NCBI GenBank assembly: GCA_050250515.1
Contig: JBFWON010000002.1
Coordinates: 8,815-72,814 of the forward strand
DNA from: Bdellovibrionales bacterium
GTDB lineage: Bacteria > Bdellovibrionota > Bdellovibrionia > Bdellovibrionales > UBA1609
Reading direction: 5' to 3'
DNA: 64,000 bases
Positions 28,474 to 37,391 of the stretch are shown piece after piece. Both the position numbers and the translations under genes were made by a program. Every line of letters starts with the position of its first letter. Position 1 is the stretch's first letter. The notes under the pieces were generated by a model. The model saw nothing but the letters and a program-made list of their open reading frames with translations, was not told the origin of the DNA and searched no databases.

Positions 28474-29020
28474 TATGCTGTGGTTCAAACACTTTGCAAA
28501 TAACTCCACTCAAAACCAATCGTTTATGGGCCTTAGCAGTGAGCTTGGCGCTGAAGGCTACGGGCGTCTCATGCTTCTTATAGAGTGTCTTGTGGGCGGC
28601 GCTGATGGCATCGACAATCCACCTTCGGCAAAACTCAAAGTGAACGTCTGGGCAACGATCCTGAAATGTAAACCAAAGAAAGTGCGAACATTTCTGGAAT
28701 GTTGTCAGAACCACGGAATAATCAATTTCGTTGATCTTGAAAATGAAATCGAAGTCACTTTGCTCAACCATCGAAAACTATTAACTAAGTCAGCGTTGCC
28801 AAGTGGGAAACGGACGACCAGCGGTCAACCCGTGGGCGACCAAGAAGAGAACAGAAAAGAACAAAATTCCTCTTTCTCATCAAGCCAAAGAAACGATCAG
28901 TCCACTGGTCAAAATAATTCAGAATTAAACCAATCAACCTTTGGCTCCACCGATCAGTCGATGTCGCCAATCAACTATCAAGAATCCAAAGACATCAAAG
29001 AATTCATGTCTGGTTATTAG
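28463..29020 (+). CDS. DUF4373-like replication-associated protein
   Basis: The N-terminal LWFKHFANNSTQNQSFMGLSSELGAEGYGRLMLLIECL matches the WFKH...GxEGYG pattern of DUF4373. It lies immediately upstream of the helicase. Confidence 0.5.
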   Translation: MGGNMLWFKHFANNSTQNQSFMGLSSELGAEGYGRLMLLIECLVGGADGIDNPPSAKLKVNVWATILKCKPKKVRTFLECCQNHGIINFVDLENEIEVTLLNHRKLLTKSALPSGKRTTSGQPVGDQEENRKEQNSSFSSSQRNDQSTGQNNSELNQSTFGSTDQSMSPINYQESKDIKEFMSGY

Positions 29021-29029
29021 GAGCATTTT

Positions 29030-30412
29030 ATGTCCGACGGTTTACATGGTCATCTTCACAAACTTCTATACGGGTATAAGCAGAAGGGCCTCACTGTCGA
29101 CAAAGTTTTTACGGTTATGGATGCCACAGGAACGCACCTTTCAGGCGATCAAATAGAATGGGTAAAAGAGTTTTATCCAACAATCGAAGTAAAGAGTTGT
29201 CAGCCGCAACAGTCAGAAAAAATGAGTGAAGCGGATATAAATAAGTTTAAGGATAGCATAGCTGAAGCGGCCCAATATGAAAATCGAAAACAGGCAGTTC
29301 AAAAGATGGAACTCGATGTTCGTGAAAGCAAAGTTCAAGTTGATATTGTGAAGTACAAACAACAGCAAGAGGACATTCTGAAGTCGGACGCAGAAAGAAA
29401 GGCGGCTCAGTCCCTCAATGTTGACCAGCTTAAAGACGCCTACTTTTCTGATGCGATGACAGATCATCAAAAATATCTTGAATCTGCTAAGTATCGTTTA
29501 AGGTGTATGCTGCCGTGTTTTGACAATACGGTTCCGCTTTTTGCAAAGAACCTACTTTTGCTTGGAGCAAAGACGGGCGAAGGTAAGTCATCCACTGCCG
29601 CTCAAATTATTTACTCCGTGCTCAATCAAAATAATCCAGCCACAGGCAGACCATGTCGGGCTTTGGTGCTCACCAATGAGGAAACAATGGGTGAGGTTTA
29701 TACGAGAGTAGCCTTTCAATATAAAAAGTGGCCTTACACTCGCCTTGACGCAATATCAGAGGGTCAGCGCAAAGAAGTTTTACGTTTTCAAAACGAAATG
29801 CGAGATTCTAAACGACTTGTTGTCATCGACAATTCCTTTCCTGATATTCGACAGCCAACAACAAGCCTAGAAGGGCTGGAGCACTTTCTTGAGAGTTTGG
29901 TCAGAAACAAAAATGACTTTGATCTGATTGTTATTGATTACTTTCAAAAGATTTCTTCCTCAACGGCCCACAGAGGCGCGAGTCCTACAGATGTATTTAC
30001 CCGTGTTTGTGACATGCTTGATGACTATAGAAAAAGATTGAACTGCCCAATCGTAATTTTCGCACAATTGTATCCAAGCAATTCTGATAAGACGAATTTT
30101 GAAGACCGAATCAAAGGCCGCAAGAAAATCTTAGAGACGGCGACTTTCGCGGCTGAAATCGAACCCGATAGGGATAATTACAAAACTTACTTTCGCATCC
30201 ATAAGAACCGTCTTGTTCAAGGAACTGTAGGCACGACGGTCACTGTTGGCTTTGATCGTGAAACTGGAATGTACGTCACTTGTGATATTCCATTTCAGCA
30301 AAAAGCAAGTCAGTGGAAGCAAGACAGAAAGATAAAAGTTGCTCAAGAAGTTGTGGACAGAATTGACGATAACCTATCGGCAGCGCAGTCACCTGTTCGC
30401 AAACAATCTTAG
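29030..30412 (+). CDS. DnaB/RepA-like P-loop replicative helicase
   Basis: Walker A GAKTGEGKSS and Walker B-like LIVIDYFQKI. A coiled-coil N-terminal extension of about 170 aa. Confidence 0.7.
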   Translation: MSDGLHGHLHKLLYGYKQKGLTVDKVFTVMDATGTHLSGDQIEWVKEFYPTIEVKSCQPQQSEKMSEADINKFKDSIAEAAQYENRKQAVQKMELDVRESKVQVDIVKYKQQQEDILKSDAERKAAQSLNVDQLKDAYFSDAMTDHQKYLESAKYRLRCMLPCFDNTVPLFAKNLLLLGAKTGEGKSSTAAQIIYSVLNQNNPATGRPCRALVLTNEETMGEVYTRVAFQYKKWPYTRLDAISEGQRKEVLRFQNEMRDSKRLVVIDNSFPDIRQPTTSLEGLEHFLESLVRNKNDFDLIVIDYFQKISSSTAHRGASPTDVFTRVCDMLDDYRKRLNCPIVIFAQLYPSNSDKTNFEDRIKGRKKILETATFAAEIEPDRDNYKTYFRIHKNRLVQGTVGTTVTVGFDRETGMYVTCDIPFQQKASQWKQDRKIKVAQEVVDRIDDNLSAAQSPVRKQS

Positions 30413-30447
30413 AGTAAGAAGATGCACTCCCACTAAAGGCGGAAAAA

Positions 30448-30912
30448 ATGAAAGCTCTATATCATCAAGGTCAACAATACCCTACACAAGACACTGAAGC
30501 AGGTCTGAACTATATTGAAATCGAAGTCTCTGGGCCGACAGGTCAATGGGTAAAAACAAAAGCCCTAATCGACACGGGTGCAAATGTTACTTCGGTCACA
30601 GCGGCACTTGTAGAACAGCTAGGAGTCGATGACGTATTGCCGTACTTAGGCGATCAACTTTTGGAAACGGCGAATGGCGACGTTGCGGAACCGACAACGA
30701 AAGTGAACATTCGCATCCTTGGTACAGATGGAAATTACACGCTTCTCCAAGACTGGCCCGTGACAATAATCCGCAAAATGAATGAACCGATTCTAGGTCT
30801 TGATATTCTGCAATTTTATTCAGCCCAATTGAAGCACGGCCAGATAGTCAGCATGGTTTTTGATGAAACTGGCCCAAGTGCAATTCAAAAGCGAAAGCAG
30901 ATCCAAGGCTAA
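30448..30912 (+). CDS. retropepsin-like (clan AA) aspartic protease
   Basis: Active-site motif ALIDTGANVTSV and flap/dimer motif ILGLDIL. 154 aa. Confidence 0.7.
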   Translation: MKALYHQGQQYPTQDTEAGLNYIEIEVSGPTGQWVKTKALIDTGANVTSVTAALVEQLGVDDVLPYLGDQLLETANGDVAEPTTKVNIRILGTDGNYTLLQDWPVTIIRKMNEPILGLDILQFYSAQLKHGQIVSMVFDETGPSAIQKRKQIQG

Positions 30913-30972
30913 ATACTCCCCAGCCTTTATTCCAGCCTAATACAGGTATTGTCTCGCTAGACCTTTACGATT

Positions 30973-32028
30973 TTGGTCGTAAATCCGAATAGTAGCGCGG
31001 TGAAACGAAGCAGAACAAAACAATCAAATAACGGCACCGATGAAAGCCTGATAAAGGTTCAACATCGACTTAAAGCCGTCAAGAATCCTGAAGCTGCCAA
31101 GATTGATGACTACAGCAATCGACTTGATGACCTTTATTTGGATTTTTTGGCGCACGAAACAAAAGGCGTTGCCAGTCAAATCGAAAGAAATGTCGCCAGG
31201 TTTATGAGGCCGCTTTTTGAGCAAGCGGCGAATAAACTCAATATAGTGATTGGTAATACAAAGGAAACTTTTCGCCTTTATTCTGAGATTTACTTGTTTA
31301 TTTCCACTTTCATTAAAACTCACGGACATAAAAGCAAAAAAGCTCCGCCGCTGGATGAAATCAAAAACCAAGTTAAAGAGTTTCTGTTTTGGAGAGATTT
31401 GGAGCCAAAGCTAATCCACTATTGGTCCTTAGAGTTCGCAGACAAACCGTTTGTCATACCAGATGATCGACAAGAATTTTATCAACGCTATGGACTCAAT
31501 CGCCAAAATTATTCGATTAAAGATCGACTAAGAGAGGTTGAATACAGCGCCAAAGGTTTGTTAGGCGTAGATGCAACTTGTACTGTTGGCAAACGAATCA
31601 TTTTCTCTGTTGAACATCCCGATGTATTTCACGCGGATTTGGCAATCATTCCTATCATTTCTGAAATGAAGGAAAAAGGCATTGATGTGGAGCTAGTGCG
31701 CGGTGCTTATAAATACGAAGGCGGCAAATACAAGGGGAACGTCATCGAAGAGATTTCTCTGCTATGCCATTTTAGCACTGACGAACAGAAGATTTTGATT
31801 TTAGACTGGCTTGAACCATTTGGTCAGGAAAGTTATCTCTATCTTGCCGAGGATGGCCTTACAACTTCGATTAAAATTTCAAATGGTGAGCGCACTGAAT
31901 ATGGTTATTGGACAAAGGTTCAATCCATTTCCAAAGAATCTCTGCAAGAGGGACAAGGGTTTTCGATTCTGAATGGCGAATGTTTCCAAGCGATTCAAAA
32001 GTCTGCTTCAAGCCTTAAAGCGGCCTAA
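30973..32028 (+). CDS. hypothetical protein
   Basis: 351-aa ORF with no motif recognised. Confidence 0.45.
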   Translation: MVVNPNSSAVKRSRTKQSNNGTDESLIKVQHRLKAVKNPEAAKIDDYSNRLDDLYLDFLAHETKGVASQIERNVARFMRPLFEQAANKLNIVIGNTKETFRLYSEIYLFISTFIKTHGHKSKKAPPLDEIKNQVKEFLFWRDLEPKLIHYWSLEFADKPFVIPDDRQEFYQRYGLNRQNYSIKDRLREVEYSAKGLLGVDATCTVGKRIIFSVEHPDVFHADLAIIPIISEMKEKGIDVELVRGAYKYEGGKYKGNVIEEISLLCHFSTDEQKILILDWLEPFGQESYLYLAEDGLTTSIKISNGERTEYGYWTKVQSISKESLQEGQGFSILNGECFQAIQKSASSLKAA

Positions 32029-32035
32029 ATCAAAA

Positions 32036-32059
32036 TCCGTGAGCCAGTTGGCCCACGGA
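32036..32059. terminator. hairpin between convergent genes
   Basis: TCCGTG-A-GCC-AGTT-GGC-C-CACGGA, lying between the stops at 32028 and 32077. Confidence 0.4.
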
Positions 32060-32076
32060 CCTACATAGTCTTGCTT

Positions 32077-32718
32077 TTAGTAAAGTACGTCTTGCAACAT
32101 CACACTGAACTGGCCTCCAGGTATTTGACAATTTTCCCAGCTATCATCCATCTTTTGGCACTTCATTGTTTGAGCGGTGTAACATGAGCCGCCTTGAAGC
32201 CAAGCTACTTTGAAACTTGTGTACTCCCCTGAATTGTTCGGAGTCGTGACAATGTGATAGGTATTCCCTGAAGTTGTGTTCAAAAAATTCGGCAGATACC
32301 AAACAAAAGTTCGATCACTACAGCACATTGATCCGAAGGTATCGGTTTTGTCAAAGTAGTTGGACGCATTGGCGGTCGCCAACAGAATTCCGGGATCTCC
32401 GCCAGCGTCGTCATAGATAGAAACTGTCTGGCCGCTTGGATAATAAATACCCGTGATGACCGCGCCAATTTTTGATTGGTTGACCGTAATTGGTTGAGCA
32501 AATCTTTTGTACTGAACGCCAAACGAATGGTTGGCTCCCTGATAACTCATGGCACAGCCATACATGAAGTTATAGGTACGCCAGTCCGTGGACATGGGCG
32601 GAGTGCTGTCGCCAGGATCTTCACCAATACTTGGTGAGCTTCCCGATCCTCCGCTACACGAAAGAAGCGTGAGCGACAAAAGAACGCCTGAAAATACCTT
32701 GATTTTTGAATGTATCAT
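32077..32718 (-). CDS. lipoprotein, unknown function
   Basis: Signal peptide plus lipobox LLSLTLLSCSGG. Confidence 0.55.
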   Translation of the reverse strand: MIHSKIKVFSGVLLSLTLLSCSGGSGSSPSIGEDPGDSTPPMSTDWRTYNFMYGCAMSYQGANHSFGVQYKRFAQPITVNQSKIGAVITGIYYPSGQTVSIYDDAGGDPGILLATANASNYFDKTDTFGSMCCSDRTFVWYLPNFLNTTSGNTYHIVTTPNNSGEYTSFKVAWLQGGSCYTAQTMKCQKMDDSWENCQIPGGQFSVMLQDVLY

Positions 32719-32835
32719 TTCGATACCCCTTTCTTGCGGTGTGCGACATGCACACCGTCTGGAAAGAAATATCGGCTTGAAAGACCTAGACCTTATTGAG
32801 ACGGCTTCAGGTCCAATAGAACGCGCTTATAATTT

Positions 32836-34134
32836 TTAATCGCTTTGCAATTCACTTACGGGTGTTCCGTAACGGCAGAACAAGCCCATATCCAAAGTTA
32901 GAGAGAACGCTGTGCTACCGTCAGTTTGCGGTGCCTCTTTTAGCGAAGTTGATTTTTTCAAAACCTGCTCCCAAATATACCCACGATTATCTATAGCTTT
33001 GTGCGCTTGAAATTTTCCCGAATGGTATTCAGGCCCATAGTGCTGTTGTGAGCCTGGATCAGAAACACTCATCTCTTTTTCAAGTGCTTCGCGTGACAGT
33101 GTGAAAGTGTAGTGTTCTATCAAAAAATTCAAGTCTTCCGCGAAAGCGATTTGCATGGGATAAAGCACCCCTTGGTCTTTTATCTTCCACCCAAATTCTG
33201 AAACCATAACGGGAACGTGCTTGTAAAATGTGTCCAACGGATCAGTTCTCAATACAGGTAACGTGTCACTTGATTCTGCAACGGCTGAAACATTGAGCGA
33301 CTGTGGAATTGGATTGCCGTTGTATCTGTCCCAACCCATCTCCCAGAATGACGACGCCTTGGGAATAAGTAGTGCTGATCTATTTGCGGAAACGACGGCG
33401 AGGAATAGCATATCAATATGGAAATCGGGTGAATAAATGTTTTCGATCCAGCGGCGTTCGCGGAACAGTGGGAGATACGGAAGGGAGCGATAGAAGTCTT
33501 CAATTTCTTTTTTATTCTGACTTAGCGAGAATGGGATATTGTATTGTTGGCCGCGCAGTTTGTATTGGTTCTCGCTGTCTTTTCCCACCGACATATATTC
33601 GGCGTAGTCGGGATTGTATTCGTGATCCTCAAAAACTTGAACGCCTTTATCCATCTTTGAAAATCGAGTGATCGGTTTGCTGGCGGCGGTAAAAAAGAAT
33701 CGTGTTTTGAGATAGATTCTTGCGTGAAACAAAAAGTCTTTCTTGGCTTCCGTGACCTTGTCGAGAGGGGTTCCCTTGGGAGCCTTTTGCGGCGGCAAGA
33801 CTTTGATTTGAAATTCACCGTTGAGCTTTGGTTGATTGCCATTGCAAATTAGGTTTTGAACGTCTCGATAAGTTTTTTTAGTATCGCCACTTGCCTTGCT
33901 GATTCTGGCCACTGCCGCTCTAACAGATTCGGAAAACACCGCAAAGCCTCGAAGTCTTGCGGCGTCTTCAATTAGACCTTCGGGCTTTTGTTCAGTCGCT
34001 TTTGTTGTCGTAGGATCAATGCGTTCAGGGCCAACGGGTTGAGTCGCACATGAAATGCAAAGAAAGACCGAAGCCAAGGCTGGCACGATTCGATATAGGT
34101 TAAAGTTTTTCAAGGTACACATCCACAGTTTCAA
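32836..34134 (-). CDS. lipoprotein, unknown function (432 aa)
   Basis: Lipobox VFLCISCATQ. Overlaps the end of the upstream gene. Confidence 0.55.
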   Translation of the reverse strand: MKLWMCTLKNFNLYRIVPALASVFLCISCATQPVGPERIDPTTTKATEQKPEGLIEDAARLRGFAVFSESVRAAVARISKASGDTKKTYRDVQNLICNGNQPKLNGEFQIKVLPPQKAPKGTPLDKVTEAKKDFLFHARIYLKTRFFFTAASKPITRFSKMDKGVQVFEDHEYNPDYAEYMSVGKDSENQYKLRGQQYNIPFSLSQNKKEIEDFYRSLPYLPLFRERRWIENIYSPDFHIDMLFLAVVSANRSALLIPKASSFWEMGWDRYNGNPIPQSLNVSAVAESSDTLPVLRTDPLDTFYKHVPVMVSEFGWKIKDQGVLYPMQIAFAEDLNFLIEHYTFTLSREALEKEMSVSDPGSQQHYGPEYHSGKFQAHKAIDNRGYIWEQVLKKSTSLKEAPQTDGSTAFSLTLDMGLFCRYGTPVSELQSD

Positions 34135-34900
34135 TCGGATCGAAATTTACGGGCTTCCGCTCCTGTTTTAAGTTCAAATGCTTTGGCTTATACCCTTTCA
34201 AACGGATCACGACTTCGCGGTCCTCTGGAAAAATAAGCAGCATCTTTGGATTCTCGTCGCATTTGACGACTCTTGGTCGGCCTATCACTAGAATGTCATC
34301 GCACGGCGACGGCACAGTCGATATTAGCAAATGTCGATTTTCGCTTTGAACAAGTGACGCTTTTTTTGAACTGCCTTCGCCAACGGGCAGAGTGCCTGTC
34401 GCATCTTTATTTGAGATTAAATCTGAAGACTCTGCGTCCTTGTGGTCGCGGTCGGTGCTTTCAGATTTTGAAATGACTTTAGCTTTGGCCAGGTCAAAGC
34501 GGCAGGAAACAAAGCATTGCCATGAGCCGTCGTTTTCTTCACAAGATTGACGGATCGGCTGACACTCAAGACCACTTACCTGCATTTCGCTTTTTGTTTC
34601 TGAGTGCCACGCGGCCTGTTTGTTGTCTTCGATGGATAGGGATTTAGATTTGAACGTATAGCCGCTGACATATTCTGTACCGATGCCGCGACACTGATCT
34701 AGGGCCGCTTTGTTTGCCAATACTTTGTCAGGACCATTTCCTGAACATGAAAGGGTGAGTATATTGCCGTCTTTTTTAGGGCCTTGCTCACTAAACCACG
34801 CAGGAGCCTTGGCTGTAGCGGTCGTGCTGACCGCCACAGAAAAGACCACTAAAAATAATTTGAGAAAAGACGACATTGTCATTGTAACCGTCCACTTCAC
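34100..34900 (-). CDS. secreted Cys-containing protein, unknown function
   Basis: Signal peptide FLKLFLVVFSVAVSTTATAKA. GTGA start/stop overlap with the upstream gene. Confidence 0.5.
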   Translation of the reverse strand: MKWTVTMTMSSFLKLFLVVFSVAVSTTATAKAPAWFSEQGPKKDGNILTLSCSGNGPDKVLANKAALDQCRGIGTEYVSGYTFKSKSLSIEDNKQAAWHSETKSEMQVSGLECQPIRQSCEENDGSWQCFVSCRFDLAKAKVISKSESTDRDHKDAESSDLISNKDATGTLPVGEGSSKKASLVQSENRHLLISTVPSPCDDILVIGRPRVVKCDENPKMLLIFPEDREVVIRLKGYKPKHLNLKQERKPVNFDPIETVDVYLEKL

Positions 34901-35568
34901 TCATTTTCTGTTGCTGTGGATGGCTGACGTTGTTCGCCCGTTGCTGCCTCTGCATTGCCAACGAATTTATCCCAGTGTTGTGCTACTTTCTTAGCGAAGT
35001 CGGCACTGACTCCTTGTTTACCTTGAGCTTTGCGAACGGCATCAAGGACCGCAGTTTTGAATTGCGGCTCATCCATTTCAGAAAGAACGAAGACACGATA
35101 TTGAACCGTCACCTGTCCACCTTCTTGAACCACGGCGACTTTTTCCCAATATCGTTTAGATGTTTTCAGCGCACTTGTCGTCAACTGGCTGGCAGTTGCG
35201 CCGATATAGCGAGACTGTGTGGAATCAAGAGCCGTTCCCTCCTGCGCATCCTGAAATACATAGTCGAGACGCTGAGAGATTGAGTGCGAGATTCCTGCCT
35301 TTGAGTTTGATTCGGCTATGCGATATGCAGCGGCTAAATTATCTGACGCTGGAATGGTCGTTTGTCCAAGCGATAGAACTTTTGCACCCTCCACTCGGAA
35401 CGGCTCTGATTCTTTGAGCCAGTCAGGGCGCGACTTTATGTCATCAATTCGTGAAATGATTCGCTCCTCGCCAATGTTGTTGGCAACGGCTTTTTCCATT
35501 TCTGTTTTTGGTGTCGATGAGCAAGCCGCTACTAACAGCGGCAATGCAAGCATGGTTATCTTCTTCAT
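34897..35568 (-). CDS. lipoprotein, unknown function (223 aa)
   Basis: Lipobox LPLLVAACSST. I could not assign a family by eye. Confidence 0.55.
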   Translation of the reverse strand: MKKITMLALPLLVAACSSTPKTEMEKAVANNIGEERIISRIDDIKSRPDWLKESEPFRVEGAKVLSLGQTTIPASDNLAAAYRIAESNSKAGISHSISQRLDYVFQDAQEGTALDSTQSRYIGATASQLTTSALKTSKRYWEKVAVVQEGGQVTVQYRVFVLSEMDEPQFKTAVLDAVRKAQGKQGVSADFAKKVAQHWDKFVGNAEAATGEQRQPSTATENE

Positions 35569-35587
35569 ATTCCCTCCATTGGCGATT

Positions 35588-36559
35588 TTATTCGCCGCAT
35601 TTGACGTACACTTTATCCATTCGTTTTATTGCGTAAACATCTTGAAACGTGAAATCACATGCAGGAGGATTCGTAGCTTTCTCCACACTGAAGTTTAGGG
35701 CGATGCAACGACACATACTGCTTTCTGCGCTAGGATTTCGTTGGGCGCTCACAGTCGTTGCACTGTACTCAAGCGCCGCCTTGCATGTGGCAATGAAGTT
35801 GGCTTGCGCTTTGTCTTCTGGACAACCAGACGGTTGTTTGTCATTGGAGCCAGATAACCAACCCTTTACCTTGTCCATCATGCCAGGGCTTTTTGCGTTG
35901 TCGTTATTGGCAGTTTTTTGAGGAGCCGCTTGCTGTTGTGGTACAAGGTTTGTCACGTCGGGAAGTTGGGGAAGCGTTGACGCCACGGGTTTGTCTTGCT
36001 TGCCAAAGAAAACCCCTTCAATCATGTTCCTGGCACCTTTGACATCTTGTACGCTTGGGTTTGCCTGCGCGTACTGAGTCATCAGTGAATCCGCTTTGGT
36101 TTTTTCCGATGCCGAATAATTTTTGATGCAATAGGCGCTCATCTCCATTGGAGTTTCGGAGGTCATTTGATTGATAAGACAGTCAACTGCGACGCTTTTG
36201 TCTTTCTTGTCGTATTGATACTTTGTATCGAGATAGCCTTCCTTTTCGGATTTCATGCAGTGGGCGACCATTTCATAGTTGACGGTGTCTCGCTTGGTCC
36301 ACTTCTTAAAACAATTCGGACCTGACATATTCTCAAACCAGTTCTTGCCCTTGAATTCGTTTTGAATGGCTTTTATTTCGGCAATGCCTGCCGTTTGTCG
36401 CTTCAGACAATGGGTGTACATCTGTTCGTCTAGCGAACCCGACTTAGTCCACTCGTCTTTGCAAAGCTGTTTGATTTGGTCCGTGCCTTGGGCATGGGCC
36501 AATGAGAGAAAAAGAAAAGAAAAAATCATCACTGTAAATGACTTAGTTTTGCTTCTCAC
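35588..36559 (-). CDS. secreted Cys-rich repeat protein
   Basis: Signal peptide FSFLFLSLAHAQG. Three Cys-bracketed repeats of about 25 aa. GTGA overlap with the HTH gene. Confidence 0.5.
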   Translation of the reverse strand: MRSKTKSFTVMIFSFLFLSLAHAQGTDQIKQLCKDEWTKSGSLDEQMYTHCLKRQTAGIAEIKAIQNEFKGKNWFENMSGPNCFKKWTKRDTVNYEMVAHCMKSEKEGYLDTKYQYDKKDKSVAVDCLINQMTSETPMEMSAYCIKNYSASEKTKADSLMTQYAQANPSVQDVKGARNMIEGVFFGKQDKPVASTLPQLPDVTNLVPQQQAAPQKTANNDNAKSPGMMDKVKGWLSGSNDKQPSGCPEDKAQANFIATCKAALEYSATTVSAQRNPSAESSMCRCIALNFSVEKATNPPACDFTFQDVYAIKRMDKVYVKCGE

Positions 36560-36867
36560 TTGTGGCCTCCCGTCTTCACTTTCTTTATGGTGATTTCGTA
36601 AAGGCCCGTGTGGATTTCTGTCTTTTCAAGTATATCGCCAAGGATTCCTCGCGGATCTTCCTCCCCGAAAAGCAGAGAATGTGTTGAGCAATTAAAGAAC
36701 TGCGCAAGGCGTTTCAATACATCGAGGTCGCGTGGAATTCTGCCGTGTGGACCAAGCCACTCTTGAACGGTTTTCGGAGGGCAATTGATGGCCTTTGCCA
36801 GTTGAGAAACTGACAAATTGCGTTCGCTCATCAATTGCTTTAAGACTTCACCAAAAGTTTTAGTCAT
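36556..36867 (-). CDS. XRE-family HTH transcriptional regulator
   Basis: HTH region LSVSQLAKAINCPPKTVQEWL. I moved the start to ATG 36867 because the track start at 37026 lies inside the operator/promoter repeat. Confidence 0.65.
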   Translation of the reverse strand: MTKTFGEVLKQLMSERNLSVSQLAKAINCPPKTVQEWLGPHGRIPRDLDVLKRLAQFFNCSTHSLLFGEEDPRGILGDILEKTEIHTGLYEITIKKVKTGGHK

Positions 36868-36979
36868 ACTATCTATAAATCGGCTGAAAAATCGCCGCCT
36901 TTGAACCCTTTCTCGCTTCTCATCCACAATGGATGACAGTTCATCGCGCTTGGCTGAAATATCAGCCAGGCTTAGACAT

Positions 36980-37008
36980 ATAATATAACGCTTTGCATAA
37001 TTAGGCAA
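36980..37008 (-). promoter_or_regulatory. leftward sigma-70-like promoter for the XRE/lipoprotein operon
   Basis: On the minus strand: TTGCCT (37008-37003), a 17-nt spacer, then TATTAT (36985-36980). The -35 overlaps the left inverted repeat. Confidence 0.45.
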
Positions 37009-37035
37009 TCGAATTTTGATATTCAAAATTAGTGT
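37006..37035. repeat. left copy of a 30-bp inverted repeat (operator-like)
   Basis: CAATCGAATTTTGATATTCAAAATTAGTGT. Its reverse complement matches 37362-37391 with one mismatch. The core is the palindrome AATTTTGA-N3-TCAAAATT. Confidence 0.85.
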
Positions 37036-37043
37036 CTCAATTT

Positions 37044-37072
37044 TTGACTAACGAATTCCGATAAGCTAATAT
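37044..37072 (+). promoter_or_regulatory. strong sigma-70-like promoter for the 87-aa ORF
   Basis: TTGACT (37044-37049), a 17-nt spacer, then TAATAT (37067-37072). Confidence 0.5.
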
Positions 37073-37083
37073 AAGGCAAAAGG

Positions 37084-37347
37084 ATGTATGGAATGAAAAA
37101 GACAAAAAGCGAAGCTGATCCCAGAAAGTACGCTAACTTTCAATTTGCTTTTAGAGTGAAGGACAAAGAGGTTTTGGAGTCACTTCAGATTGAATTAGAA
37201 GATCTCTATAGCAAGTTCAATAAAGGCCGCGATCCTAAAAATCCAAAAGGCGTGAGGGCTGTTAAGATGAACGACATTGCCTTAAAAGCTCTTAGAATAG
37301 GTCTTCAGGAAGTAAAGAAAATGAGGGCTTGGGAATTCGACGAATAA
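37084..37347 (+). CDS. hypothetical small protein (87 aa)
   Basis: ORF enclosed by the inverted repeats. Lys/Glu-rich with no motif. Confidence 0.45.
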   Translation: MYGMKKTKSEADPRKYANFQFAFRVKDKEVLESLQIELEDLYSKFNKGRDPKNPKGVRAVKMNDIALKALRIGLQEVKKMRAWEFDE

Positions 37348-37361
37348 CGATTTATTTTGAT

Positions 37362-37391
37362 ACACTAATTTTGAATATCAAAATTTGATTG
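37362..37391. repeat. right copy of the 30-bp inverted repeat
   Basis: ACACTAATTTTGAATATCAAAATTTGATTG. Confidence 0.85.

Noticed and set aside
36868-37026. N-terminal 53 codons of track ORF 36556..37026
   Set aside because: This stretch contains the 30-bp inverted repeat and the leftward -35/-10 elements. The HTH domain starts after the internal ATG at 36867.
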